This document shows, piece after piece, positions 32,201 to 40,875 of a stretch of 64,000 bases of DNA. A model generated the notes under the pieces. The model saw only the letters and a program-made list of their open reading frames with translations. It searched no databases and had not been told where the DNA came from. The DNA lies in IMG/VR virus record IMGVR_UViG_3300043436_002028, positions 4,547-68,546 of that record; one strand, written 5' to 3'. Both the position numbers and the translations under genes were made by a program. Numbering within the stretch: the first letter of the stretch is position 1; each line of letters starts with the position of its first letter. The DNA is from a virus.

Positions 32201-35200
32201 CAGATATTATTACTGTAAACGCACTAAATGCAATTACCGGAACAGGTCTTGTTAGTATTGCAATTGATAATGTTACTTTAACAAAACTCTTTTATATAAC
32301 AAAAATTGTACCGGGAAGAAGTCCTGAGGTCTTACGATTAACTTCAAACAGATATGGATTTCCTTTTGAGACCAGTGAGAGTACTACACCTTTTGTTTCT
32401 CAAATTGATTTTAATGTATTTTTAGAAAATATTGATGGGGTTGTTACTGTAGTAGCAAAGGCTTATAGTTATGAAAACGCATTGCTAGGCCAGTTTTCGA
32501 TTATTCCTGATCAGAATAATGAATTTGTTATTACAGACACTCAGTTTAATCAGTTTGATGAAACAAATACTGCATATGTAACAGTTACAGCTAGTCTTGA
32601 AGATCTTAGTGATACAATTACTGTTTTTAGAGTTAACGATGGACAGTCGGTTTTTAACTTTAATCTTGAAAACGAATCACACTTAGTGCCTGCAACATTT
32701 GAAGGTCAAATCACTGACTTAGATGAAGCTTACACGCCTTTGAGAACTTACAGAGGCTTTACTGAAGTTACTGCTGCTAGCACATTTTCAATATTTGCCT
32801 CTAATGGTGGAACTGCAATAATTACGGGCAATGGTACGTCTAACGTAACATTAAGTCTTTTGACAATGTCCGAGGATGTTGCGACATTTACTGTATTAGC
32901 GGTAATTCCAACAGGAGTCGTTGTTGATAATGTACCTCAAACAGTTTCTCTTAAAAAGGTGTTTAGTGTTGCAAAAGCTAGAGATGGCGCTCCTGGAACA
33001 CCTGGGACTAAGGCATTAATTGTTTATGCATTTAAACGATCAATAACTGCACCTACTACAAGTCCAGGAAGTGCTACATATAGTTTTACCTTAGCAAACT
33101 TTACTACAGCATTGGCAAACGGTTGGACAGAAACTATACCAGAGTATATTGATCAAGATCATGAGTTATATGTATCTGTTGCTACTGTAATTGATAGCAA
33201 TAATGACAATCTTGCAGCAGTTGCTTCTAATGATTGGTCATCTCCTGTTGTATATTCAGCAAATTCATTTAGCTCTGCTTCGGTATTCCTTTACAAGAGG
33301 ACTGAGACTGATGTACCATTACCTGAACCACAAACAGCAAATGGGCAGCCATCAGAATATACATTTAGAACAAAAGAACTTACAAATATTCCAACAGGCT
33401 GGTCTACTCTTATTCCGGCTAAAGGCCAGAATGATAGGTATCTTTGGGTATCTGTTGCTACAGTTGCTAGTTCTACAGAATCAGATTTAATCTTAGGAGG
33501 TCCAACTTCTTCTGAATGGTCTGTGCCAACAATCCTTTCAGAAAAAGGAGAAGACGCAATTGCGTTTGTAGGATTCCTTACAAATGATTCACATGTATTA
33601 GCAGCAAGTAGTACAGGAGTTGTTTCTGATTATTCTGGAGCAACGGGTCAGTTTCTTGTTTATTTGAATGGACAACCTGCCACAGGCGTCACATACGCCT
33701 ATGTTTCAAGTACTGGCTTTAGTACTGCGCCAACAGGTTCTATTAATGCAAATACTGGTGTTTATACTATTACAGGTATAGGGTCTGGTGGATCAATTAA
33801 TAGCAATGTGAACAATGCAACTGTTGTTTATTCAGCAACTGTAAATTCAGTTGTAGTTGCAACTCAAACATTTACTATTAGCAAGGCCAAAGCTGGCGTT
33901 AATGGTCAAACACCTACTCTTTATAGATTACTTGCAAATACAAGTGCTGTTAAACTAACAAAGACTCTAGACACATATATCCCAGGTACGTTAACTTTTG
34001 ATGCATTTAGCAAAACAGGAACTGCTGATTGGACTGGTGCAACTGTAAGAATTGATATTGAAGGCAGTGTTGGTGGCACTTCTTGGACACAACTTGCTAC
34101 AGTATCCTCAGGTACTTCTCTAAGTCATATACTGGCAACTACTGGAACAACTTATCGATTCTTTAGAGGACTTCTTAAAGTAAACAGTGTTACAATTGAA
34201 AATGAAGTAATTCCTGTAGTTGTAGATGGTGCTGATGGTGATCCTGGTGATTATGTCTCTTATGTATTTAAGGAGAGTGCAAACCAGCCAATTACACCAA
34301 GCAGTACTGATGTTGTTCCTGCCGGATGGTCTGACACTTTACCAGCATCATACACTGAGCCTGTGTGGATGACTAAGGCAACTATTTCTGGTGTAACCGG
34401 ATTAGCTGGTACTTGGGATCCTCCTATTAAGGTTACAGGAACAGACGGTGATGAAGGCCAATACACTTATTATGAATATGCTAAAAACAGTGACTTTTTA
34501 GCTGCACCTACGACAGGCTGGTCTAATACTGTTCCTAGTATAACATATGGAGAATATCTCTGGCTACGCCCAGTAGCGTTTGAGCCTGCAACAAATACAG
34601 CAACAACAGGTAATGCTTTTAGAGCTACTGGAGAAAAAGGCAATCCTGGTGATCCTTCTTATTCAATTAAGATTGTTGCATCTAGTCTTATCTTTAAGAA
34701 TAGCAAAGCAGGCGTGGTTTCTCCAGACTATATCACATTAACAGCTGTCAGACAAAATCTATATAATGTAGTTAACTGGAGTGGATTTACTGTAAGATCC
34801 GGTACAAGCCCAAGCAGTAGCATAGTAACAACAGGTACAACAGTCTATTTACATAAAGCTGACTTTATTGGTAATAGTGTAAGTATAACTGCAACACCTA
34901 GTTTCCCTTCTAATATTAACGATACTGTAAGTATCTTGATGGTTCAAGAAGGTTTAGATGCCATATCAGTATCTAATTCAAATCCGACACATACAATCAA
35001 TGCGTATGCTGGCGGACAGGCAATTAGCATGTCTGGCTCTGGAACTACAATTGGTGTTTACGCTGGAGCTACACCACTTAGTTATAGTGCAACTCAAGGT
35101 ACATTAGGAACTTTCACAATTACTAGTGTAACAAAAAACAATATAACTACAGGTGTTATTAACTCTGGAACTATTCCTGATCATACAGGAATGACAGACT

Positions 35201-36933
35201 CTGCTACAGAAGGTTCTGTAACTTACAATATTGCCTATACAACAGCTAATAATATTTCTGGTACAATTTCAACTACACAAACTTTTATTAAAAATATTTT
35301 AGTTGCTGGTGCTTCGCTCTCGGCTACTGCTGTTACATTTACATATAATGTTGACAATACGCTTTCCAGCCCTGCGTCTAGTACAATAACAGCATCTTCT
35401 GTTAATGTGTTAAATCCTTATTATGTATTTAAGAAGGGTATTACGACATTACAAGAAGGAACAGGCACTTCTTTAACCTACACTCCTGCTGCTTCGTATC
35501 TTAACATGCCTGAAACAATTACTGTTCAGGTGTATAAAGATTCAAGCAAAGCAAGTGTTTTAGCTTCTAACAGTATAGCTTTAAATGCTACTAGAGTTGG
35601 AGCTACAGGTTCAGGAGCTCCTGGTGCTGCTACTTTCTATATTAATAGAGGTACAAGTAGTAGTTCTGCTGTTCCTACAGATGCTGAAGTTCTTGCAGCA
35701 ATTGGAAGATACTCGGTTATTGGAGACCTTGCAACGATTTCATATAACAGTGGTGTTAATGCCATTTCATATCGTTGTACAGCACCTTATCCATCGGCTT
35801 CTTGGTCTGTGCAGTCTAGCTTTCTTTCTGGTGACTTATTTGTTTCAGGTAGTATTAGTGGAGATAAAATTGACACTAATACACTAACGGCAAAAACCAT
35901 TAGAACGGCAACGACTGGCCAACGCGTTGAAATTAATCAGGGAAACTCTAATGAAGTTGTATTCTTTGGTAATCAAGGCGACGGTACTATAACTGAGTTA
36001 GCCAGAATCGGTATTCAGTCTGTTGGCCAAGATGACTTTACAGTTCTAGAAGCAGGTACTTCAAATTCTAGTCATGTTGGAGGCTATTTTGTTTCAGGAA
36101 CTAACAGAGCTCTTGAAGCTGTATCAATCTGGAGAAATGCTTTTTCAGGAGTTGCATTTAAAAATGCACCAGGTCCAGTTGGAGGTGATACTACGGTTGC
36201 ATATGGTATGCATGCATCTGGATATGGAGCTTACACAGGTGGAGTCTTTGGTTACGCAACAGGTGGTGTAAATAACACAGGCGTGCACGGTTGGAGTAAT
36301 GGCAGCTCTGGTCAAAATCAATTCTCTAGAGGTGTATGGGGTGCTTCTGTTAACGGTGTCGGTGTCTTTGGTGACGGTGCTACTTATGACTTTTACGCAG
36401 GTGGCTCTGGTTCAAACTATGGACCCTTTACTGGTACACACGATGGATTAGTAGATAATAACGACACTTTAGAGCTAGGGGATATTGTTGTTGACGCTGA
36501 AATTCTGCATAAATATAGTCTATCAAGCTGTTTGTTTAGAAATACAAAGTCAACAGTCGCTGCTCAAAAAGGTGTTGTTGGTGTTGTTAGTGCCATTAAG
36601 CCTATAACATTAGAAAGTTTACCAGCTGCACTTATTGATGACTATATTCAAGAGACAGGTGATGCTTTACCTATAGCTAATGCTGACCAGATTATAGGTA
36701 ATCGTTATAGAATTATGATCAATGCTTTAGGTGAAGGTCAAATAAATGTATGTGGTGAAAATGGTAATATCGAAGTTGGCGACTTAATTATATCATCTTC
36801 AATGCCTGGAAAAGGAATGAAACAGGCTGACGATATTGTAAGAAGCTATACTGTTGCTAGAGCACGAGAAGCCGTAAATTTTGATTCACCTACTGATGTG
36901 AGACAAATAGCATGCATTTACCTGTGCGGATAA
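29254..36933 (+). CDS. central tail fibre / tip attachment protein (gpJ-like)
   Basis: PIPIVYGR.K.GG, PGLAY, YTNNPAWCLLDYL, LEPGD; FN3/Ig-like repeats; C-terminal GEG.INVCGENG.I..GD.I..S..PG.GMKQ domain. Confidence 0.9.
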   Translation: MITTVIAWVIANPWTAAFIIASTSYSIIQAKKMRKAMRDSAEARKGYEVVTTGDVQPIPIVYGRAKIGGTRVWHNTKGSHEVPQGFVPNANKVFDVGANPVDERTITYEEYDPEYGYSTLTKTIPPSSAGNLGITIPGSKNEFLYFQQVLCHGPINKVVDFVVDESRFSNDPDLGKIEGSQISSNTVKAGFRTEVHYDGSVANLLVSYNFGERQTAKFPGLAYASTAIRLNRDDPQFQGQVPMVQYFIEGRKVRTVSNGVLNNTRVYTNNPAWCLLDYLLENSDRLYEGKKLFEVGKGLALDQIDLLSFEQAAAICNQTVISSVPTYGNVWNSVDNSTITTTRSVPLYECNMIVDVEKPIRENIEAILACMGDARLVWSGGKYKLSLQYPNSNASVSLATTITDDDLIQGSKFELVWPTSSERLNNATVRFHNEAENFKEDSVSWPPKQSAQYFKGIGGKRYANSENTDGALLSSYGVWQGGTYNPPPFNWKFIAKATGAHVLQFQVDNYGSISITNNSTGASVFSSSFSGASTVHVRNNINLVENQVYSVVITAVNTGGPGGVAARLSKDNFIYWSTKDPAYEAFTLVNVSDAVYQSMLTEDSGLKLETTMFYDGCTDYYHALAKAEELVRTSRSAISVSFEYLVKDKFLEPGDFIKIESPSLNLGDEDFYVRVAEVKLSETGTCEVKGSRFDYTQLAWNVNDNEYTTPPNIFGFRVPAPRQIIYVPIQNIGDSTSIGELQWTPVDFDSFAGYVVYYNTFDNYDSNGLPIFIELGRTVASNFVLPALNIDSAVFAVRAVSKSNRYSKYVTTGNTAVRIPKIFPRAVEVTAPSLFFIQRANSINFVSNQITLTTTIKNYLEPQYRWFVDNTLIVGATSDSLTINSFATGLSKRYRVEVYEASNEETQAEDFVTIYSIQEGSSGYTVLLSNESRQIIANYEGLVAPNQFPYQIQVTVLRGTENVTAGATISLGTLTGISATLSSDIITVNALNAITGTGLVSIAIDNVTLTKLFYITKIVPGRSPEVLRLTSNRYGFPFETSESTTPFVSQIDFNVFLENIDGVVTVVAKAYSYENALLGQFSIIPDQNNEFVITDTQFNQFDETNTAYVTVTASLEDLSDTITVFRVNDGQSVFNFNLENESHLVPATFEGQITDLDEAYTPLRTYRGFTEVTAASTFSIFASNGGTAIITGNGTSNVTLSLLTMSEDVATFTVLAVIPTGVVVDNVPQTVSLKKVFSVAKARDGAPGTPGTKALIVYAFKRSITAPTTSPGSATYSFTLANFTTALANGWTETIPEYIDQDHELYVSVATVIDSNNDNLAAVASNDWSSPVVYSANSFSSASVFLYKRTETDVPLPEPQTANGQPSEYTFRTKELTNIPTGWSTLIPAKGQNDRYLWVSVATVASSTESDLILGGPTSSEWSVPTILSEKGEDAIAFVGFLTNDSHVLAASSTGVVSDYSGATGQFLVYLNGQPATGVTYAYVSSTGFSTAPTGSINANTGVYTITGIGSGGSINSNVNNATVVYSATVNSVVVATQTFTISKAKAGVNGQTPTLYRLLANTSAVKLTKTLDTYIPGTLTFDAFSKTGTADWTGATVRIDIEGSVGGTSWTQLATVSSGTSLSHILATTGTTYRFFRGLLKVNSVTIENEVIPVVVDGADGDPGDYVSYVFKESANQPITPSSTDVVPAGWSDTLPASYTEPVWMTKATISGVTGLAGTWDPPIKVTGTDGDEGQYTYYEYAKNSDFLAAPTTGWSNTVPSITYGEYLWLRPVAFEPATNTATTGNAFRATGEKGNPGDPSYSIKIVASSLIFKNSKAGVVSPDYITLTAVRQNLYNVVNWSGFTVRSGTSPSSSIVTTGTTVYLHKADFIGNSVSITATPSFPSNINDTVSILMVQEGLDAISVSNSNPTHTINAYAGGQAISMSGSGTTIGVYAGATPLSYSATQGTLGTFTITSVTKNNITTGVINSGTIPDHTGMTDSATEGSVTYNIAYTTANNISGTISTTQTFIKNILVAGASLSATAVTFTYNVDNTLSSPASSTITASSVNVLNPYYVFKKGITTLQEGTGTSLTYTPAASYLNMPETITVQVYKDSSKASVLASNSIALNATRVGATGSGAPGAATFYINRGTSSSSAVPTDAEVLAAIGRYSVIGDLATISYNSGVNAISYRCTAPYPSASWSVQSSFLSGDLFVSGSISGDKIDTNTLTAKTIRTATTGQRVEINQGNSNEVVFFGNQGDGTITELARIGIQSVGQDDFTVLEAGTSNSSHVGGYFVSGTNRALEAVSIWRNAFSGVAFKNAPGPVGGDTTVAYGMHASGYGAYTGGVFGYATGGVNNTGVHGWSNGSSGQNQFSRGVWGASVNGVGVFGDGATYDFYAGGSGSNYGPFTGTHDGLVDNNDTLELGDIVVDAEILHKYSLSSCLFRNTKSTVAAQKGVVGVVSAIKPITLESLPAALIDDYIQETGDALPIANADQIIGNRYRIMINALGEGQINVCGENGNIEVGDLIISSSMPGKGMKQADDIVRSYTVARAREAVNFDSPTDVRQIACIYLCG

Positions 36934-37373
36934 TTAAGCCACGAACTATTGAAGATGTAATAACTTGTGTAGAGATGTATTATGCACTCAACGATCATTC
37001 TTTTATAAAAGTCTCAAAAGATCGATCTATTAAATTTCTTCTTCAATTTTGTAAACAAAACAAATTTGTAAGAATCTTACTTAATAGCAAAGACGAGATT
37101 GAAGCTTGGATCTATGCCGATATTGGACAACCTTATCATTGCGATGATAAAGTTATGCAACAGATGTACTATGCATCTAATCAGACTGGTGTAAGAGCTT
37201 ATCGAAATGTAGTTGATTTGCATAATGCACTTCTTGAAGAAGCTAAGTTACGTAATATTTCTTTAGTAATGTCTCAAGGTAGTCATTTAGATGAGCAAAA
37301 TGTGTTCACTAGGATACTTGAGAAAAATGGGTGGGATCGGAGGGGCCATATAGCCCTTAAACGCCTCACCTAG
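36924..37373 (+). CDS. GNAT-like acetyltransferase-fold protein
   Basis: IKPRTIEDV start, L...A......V..., R.LEK.GW end; overlaps the fibre stop; GTG start inferred. Confidence 0.55.
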   Translation: MRIIKPRTIEDVITCVEMYYALNDHSFIKVSKDRSIKFLLQFCKQNKFVRILLNSKDEIEAWIYADIGQPYHCDDKVMQQMYYASNQTGVRAYRNVVDLHNALLEEAKLRNISLVMSQGSHLDEQNVFTRILEKNGWDRRGHIALKRLT

Positions 37374-37378
37374 CTACT

Positions 37379-37472
37379 AGGTTGGTCCGAGGTGCGATTT
37401 TTCTGGGTGGGTCATACTTGCCCCATCGGTTGACGAAAAATTGCGCCTTGGACCGCCTATTTTTGTTTATTT
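37379..37472 (+). other. long RNA stem-loop / terminator at the end of the tail operon
   Basis: 20-bp stem GGTCCGAGGTGCGATTTTTC / GAAAAATTGCGCCTTGGACC with three G:U pairs, an inner hairpin and a downstream T-rich tract. Confidence 0.6.
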
Positions 37473-37518
37473 CTTACACTTAAAAATTTAAGAAATATTC
37501 AAAGTTTCATTCAACAAA

Positions 37519-37534
37519 CCCGTTAAATTAACCC
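37519..37534 (+). promoter_or_regulatory. motif A copy 2
   Basis: Exact CCCGTTAAATTAACCC upstream of the lysis genes. Confidence 0.7.
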
Positions 37535-37590
37535 CCAATGGTAGCCCCTATAATTTGACTAGTTGTTGATGTAGATAAGGATTATAAAAC

Positions 37591-38139
37591 ATGATTGAAC
37601 TATTATCCGCTGTATTTGGCTTCTTTGCTCCATTTGCTACTGAAGTATTTAAATTCTTTCAGAGAAAGCAAGATAATGAGCATGAGCTAAATATGATGAA
37701 GCTTCAGATGGAAGCTAAAAATCAAGAACACATGTATCGAATGGAAGAAATCTCAGCAACTGCTGATATTAAAGAGGCTGAAAATATTCACAAACCACTT
37801 CATTCTTTTGGTGTTCAACTGCTAGATGCTGCTAAAAACTATAACCTTAATGGCTGGGCATTATATCCAGCATTTTTATTATTTGTTATTTTAGACTTTG
37901 TTGCCAGTTTCGTAAGGCCTGGGATTACTTACGCAGCCTTTGCTTTTTACGCTACTGTAAAATGGGCACAACTTGAGATGGCAATGCAAAACAATGAAAG
38001 CTGGCAATCTGCAGTTTTGCAAATTTGGACAAGTTCGGATATGTCAATTGTTATTCTTGTGTTGTCTTACTGGTTTGGTCACAGAGCTGCAAAAGCTGCT
38101 TTTGGTGGATCTGCTAATACAGCCTATAAAGGTGGTTGA
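37591..38139 (+). CDS. holin-like membrane protein
   Basis: K.F..KQD..HEL.M, ..VRP.ITY, ..YWFG.R motifs with TM helices; overlaps the endolysin gene. Confidence 0.7.
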   Translation: MIELLSAVFGFFAPFATEVFKFFQRKQDNEHELNMMKLQMEAKNQEHMYRMEEISATADIKEAENIHKPLHSFGVQLLDAAKNYNLNGWALYPAFLLFVILDFVASFVRPGITYAAFAFYATVKWAQLEMAMQNNESWQSAVLQIWTSSDMSIVILVLSYWFGHRAAKAAFGGSANTAYKGG

Positions 38140-38642
38140 TGAAATACGAGGCACTCAGCATAGCTGCCTCTCTTGCAAAGCCTTTTGAATCCTTGCGTTT
38201 AAGAGCTTATTGGGATGCGCATCCTGATGGCCTTCCTACTCAAGGTTATGGTCGATTGATGTCTAGATACAGTCTCAAACGGCATTTACAAGAAGGCAAA
38301 ACATTAGCACAAGCTAATCAATGGCTTCAAGCTACTTACCCTCCAATAACTGTGCTTACTGCGGAGCATTGGTTAGAAGAGGATATAGAAAAAGCTTACA
38401 ACGGAACATTAAAGTATGTTACTGTTAAATTATCTGCAAATCAAGCTGCAGCTATAACTGACTTCAGTTTTAATTGTGGTGTAGGTAATTTTCAAATCAG
38501 CACTCTTAGACGTTTGATTAACAGAGCTGCTTTCTTAGATGCCGCTAATGAGTTTCCTAAATGGAACAAGTCTGGTGGCATTGTATTGAAAGGTCTTATC
38601 AGACGACGTCTTGCTGAAAAAGAACTTTGGTTATCTGAATAA
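38139..38642 (+). CDS. endolysin (GH24 lysozyme)
   Basis: FE.LRL.AY.D...PT.GYG, Q..A..DF.FN.G.G....STL, EF.KW...GG..L.GL..RR..E. Confidence 0.9.
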   Translation: MKYEALSIAASLAKPFESLRLRAYWDAHPDGLPTQGYGRLMSRYSLKRHLQEGKTLAQANQWLQATYPPITVLTAEHWLEEDIEKAYNGTLKYVTVKLSANQAAAITDFSFNCGVGNFQISTLRRLINRAAFLDAANEFPKWNKSGGIVLKGLIRRRLAEKELWLSE

Positions 38643-38646
38643 CCTT

Positions 38647-38675
38647 AACCCCACTGAAAAGTGGGGTTTTATTTT
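38647..38675 (+). terminator. intrinsic terminator
   Basis: AACCCCACT-GAAA-AGTGGGGTT followed by TTATTTT. Confidence 0.8.
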
Positions 38676-38702
38676 GCGGAAAAATCAGTATCTTATATGA
38701 TA
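38674..38702 (+). promoter_or_regulatory. motif B copy 1, putative early promoter
   Basis: TTGCGGAAAAATCAGTATCTTATATGATA; core GTATCTTATATGA occurs four times upstream of genes. Confidence 0.75.
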
Positions 38703-38761
38703 ACCTAAAAAGTAACATTTCGAGTTATCTTTAAATCAACCAACTAACCAAAAGGATTCAA

Positions 38762-39022
38762 ATGAAATTTCTACTAATTCTATTGCCTTTAGTTGCTAAT
38801 GCAACTGAAATTAAGCCTGTTGACCACCTAGGTCAAATTCAGTATAATAAGAACTCTTTGCGAATTGTTGATAATAAGATTGTTGAAGTGACACCAACTG
38901 GAAAAGTTGAGTATCATAAACAACAATATATTATTAAAGACAGTAAAGTTTTACCTGTTTCTTCTACTGGCCAAGTACAGTACCACAAACAAGGAGCTGC
39001 AAATGTTCTCAAAAGAAACTGA
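38762..39022 (+). CDS. small exported protein with three internal repeats
   Basis: Signal-like MKFLLILLPLVANA; three PV...G.(I/V).Y.K repeats. Confidence 0.6.
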   Translation: MKFLLILLPLVANATEIKPVDHLGQIQYNKNSLRIVDNKIVEVTPTGKVEYHKQQYIIKDSKVLPVSSTGQVQYHKQGAANVLKRN

Positions 39023-39143
39023 AGAATTATTCTTTAAAGTGTTTGGTGTGGATACAATCTTTAGACAAAGAAAATTTCCACGTAGTTATCAGACATATCA
39101 TGCGTATTGCAGACTAATGAGGATTCAAAGGATTGAATTATGA
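39003..39143 (+). CDS. hypothetical protein
   Basis: RBS AAGGAG; coupled to neighbours. Confidence 0.45.
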   Translation: MFSKETEELFFKVFGVDTIFRQRKFPRSYQTYHAYCRLMRIQRIEL

Positions 39144-39352
39144 AAGAGTTTATTAAAATGATTTTGATGCCATTTCAAAAGAAGAGCGCTGAATCTTTGC
39201 TTCAAGAAAGCATTGAAGAAGTAAAACGACAACTCATATCAACTCAAGCACAAGCTGTTTATGCTAGCAAAATGGTTGAGTACTATGAGCTTCGACTTGC
39301 CACGCTACGACTTCAAATCACAAACGGTATTGAGGGAGTTGCGGAAAAATAA
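39140..39352 (+). CDS. hypothetical coiled-coil protein
   Basis: RBS AAGGA; ATGA overlap. Confidence 0.6.
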   Translation: MKEFIKMILMPFQKKSAESLLQESIEEVKRQLISTQAQAVYASKMVEYYELRLATLRLQITNGIEGVAEK

Positions 39353-39367
39353 GTATCTTATATGATA
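39339..39367 (+). promoter_or_regulatory. motif B copy 2
   Basis: TTGCGGAAAAATAAGTATCTTATATGATA, one mismatch to copy 1. Confidence 0.75.
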
Positions 39368-39400
39368 GACAAAAGTCTATAAACTGAAAGGAGCCTTTAA

Positions 39401-39703
39401 ATGTTGTCTTTGAGATTCTTGCAATTAAGCCTTGCTATGTTTATTGCTTTCATATATGGTTATTTTATAACTGTAAGTTTGATGGCAATCATGATTGGTC
39501 TTGGAACTGATTTTATTATCGCATCCACAGTTGCTTTAGTATTATCTACTTATAGTTCACTTACTGTAACGGATAAGATTGAAGCAATTGCTGAAAAAAT
39601 CGCAACGAAAATTGTAGGTATTAGTTCTTTCTTCAAGGAAAAGAAAGAAGAATTTGATGCCTATAATTTCAATCGTAAAAATTGTGTTTATTTAATTTCG
39701 TGA
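39401..39703 (+). CDS. hypothetical membrane protein
   Basis: Two TM segments; RBS GAAAGGAG. Confidence 0.6.
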   Translation: MLSLRFLQLSLAMFIAFIYGYFITVSLMAIMIGLGTDFIIASTVALVLSTYSSLTVTDKIEAIAEKIATKIVGISSFFKEKKEEFDAYNFNRKNCVYLIS

Positions 39704-39842
39704 GGTCTTATGAAAAGCTTTGTAGAAAAAATTACCGATCCTGACTTTGGTGATAAACTGATTGTTTGGTTCTCATTGTATGGATTCGGTTTTGTAACTG
39801 GAATGCTAGTCTTTGAAAACACTTGCCGATAAGGAACTTAAA

Positions 39843-40082
39843 ATGAACTTCTTTAAAATCAAAGCAGCATCAATACTTTGCAAGTTTAGCAACTCTCCTG
39901 AGGCAAAAGTCTTAAGGTCAGTTATTAAACAGACTAAAGGTAATATTGAAGTTGCAGTTATTAACTTCGGAAAGCTTAAAATTAACGATGAAGACAGGGA
40001 CAGAATCCTTCAAGACCTGTCCAAAACACTTAATATCTTTAAGCATCCACAATTTAATTACGCAGTCGTTTCTAGCAATTGA
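39843..40082 (+). CDS. hypothetical protein
   Basis: RBS AAGGA. Confidence 0.55.
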   Translation: MNFFKIKAASILCKFSNSPEAKVLRSVIKQTKGNIEVAVINFGKLKINDEDRDRILQDLSKTLNIFKHPQFNYAVVSSN

Positions 40083-40093
40083 AAGGTTGAAAA

Positions 40094-40324
40094 ATGTTAT
40101 ACTCAATTTTTAGCACAGGTATTCGAGTTGCAGCTGTAACTCTTGCTATTGCCTCTCTGTTAGCTTTTCTAAGTGCACCAGTGTTTCTTGGAATGGTCAT
40201 CATAACAGCTTCTGTTGTTATGACTGTGTATGCGTATACGTTCATAGCTTTTATTATTGGAGCATTTTATAAATGGCTCAAAGTAAGGAAAGCAAATGAG
40301 CGATCAAATACGTATAACACTTGA
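40094..40324 (+). CDS. hypothetical membrane protein
   Basis: Two hydrophobic helices; RBS GAAAGG. Confidence 0.55.
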   Translation: MLYSIFSTGIRVAAVTLAIASLLAFLSAPVFLGMVIITASVVMTVYAYTFIAFIIGAFYKWLKVRKANERSNTYNT

Positions 40325-40598
40325 CGGATGGTATTGTGTAGCAAAAGATTATCCAGACCTTAGTAGAACAGTTTTAGATAGTAAAATATTTAAGAAGTCT
40401 GCAAGGGTCTTTAATCTTAATACCTTACACATAACAGACATAGATAGAATCCAAGGATCGTTCTTCAATCCGTGCTATGTAAAAGGTGTAGTATGCACCT
40501 CAGGGTCGCTAATCCCGTTCTTCATTTTGAGACAAAAAGCAAAAGAGCTACAAGAACTAATTGATTCGGTTCAGGATAATACGAGCATAACCTTGTAG
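40296..40598 (+). CDS. hypothetical protein
   Basis: RBS AAGGA; followed by a terminator. Confidence 0.55.
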   Translation: MSDQIRITLDGWYCVAKDYPDLSRTVLDSKIFKKSARVFNLNTLHITDIDRIQGSFFNPCYVKGVVCTSGSLIPFFILRQKAKELQELIDSVQDNTSITL

Positions 40599-40605
40599 CA
40601 GAGCG

Positions 40606-40658
40606 CCTCCGGCATCACCTCAAAAGGGTGGTGTCGGAGGTTTCTTTGTTTATTTTTT
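40606..40658 (+). terminator. intrinsic terminator
   Basis: CCTCCGGCATCACC-loop-GGTGGTGTCGGAGG followed by a T-tract. Confidence 0.8.
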
Positions 40659-40671
40659 GTTCGGAGGTTAA

Positions 40672-40809
40672 ATGAACTCTCTTGATATCAAGATTATTCA
40701 TTTTCTATTGCTCGTGATAATCCTTGCATTGTTTTCTAAATTGACTATAGATGCTATAATCCTAGGTGCTGTTGCTATATATCTGTATCAGCGCAGAGGA
40801 ATGGCATGA
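40672..40809 (+). CDS. small membrane protein (45 aa; not in ORF track)
   Basis: RBS GGAGG; hydrophobic translation. Confidence 0.45.
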   Translation: MNSLDIKIIHFLLLVIILALFSKLTIDAIILGAVAIYLYQRRGMA

Positions 40810-40875
40810 TCGAAGCGCTTGTTGGTATTTATTTAATAACTCTTGTTCCAAAAATTGTTGTAAGGATTGCAAAAG

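Noticed and set aside
40741-40760. TTGACT...TATAAT as a canonical sigma70 promoter
   Set aside because: The spacer is only 8 nt and it lies inside a small ORF; kept only as a possible extended -10.
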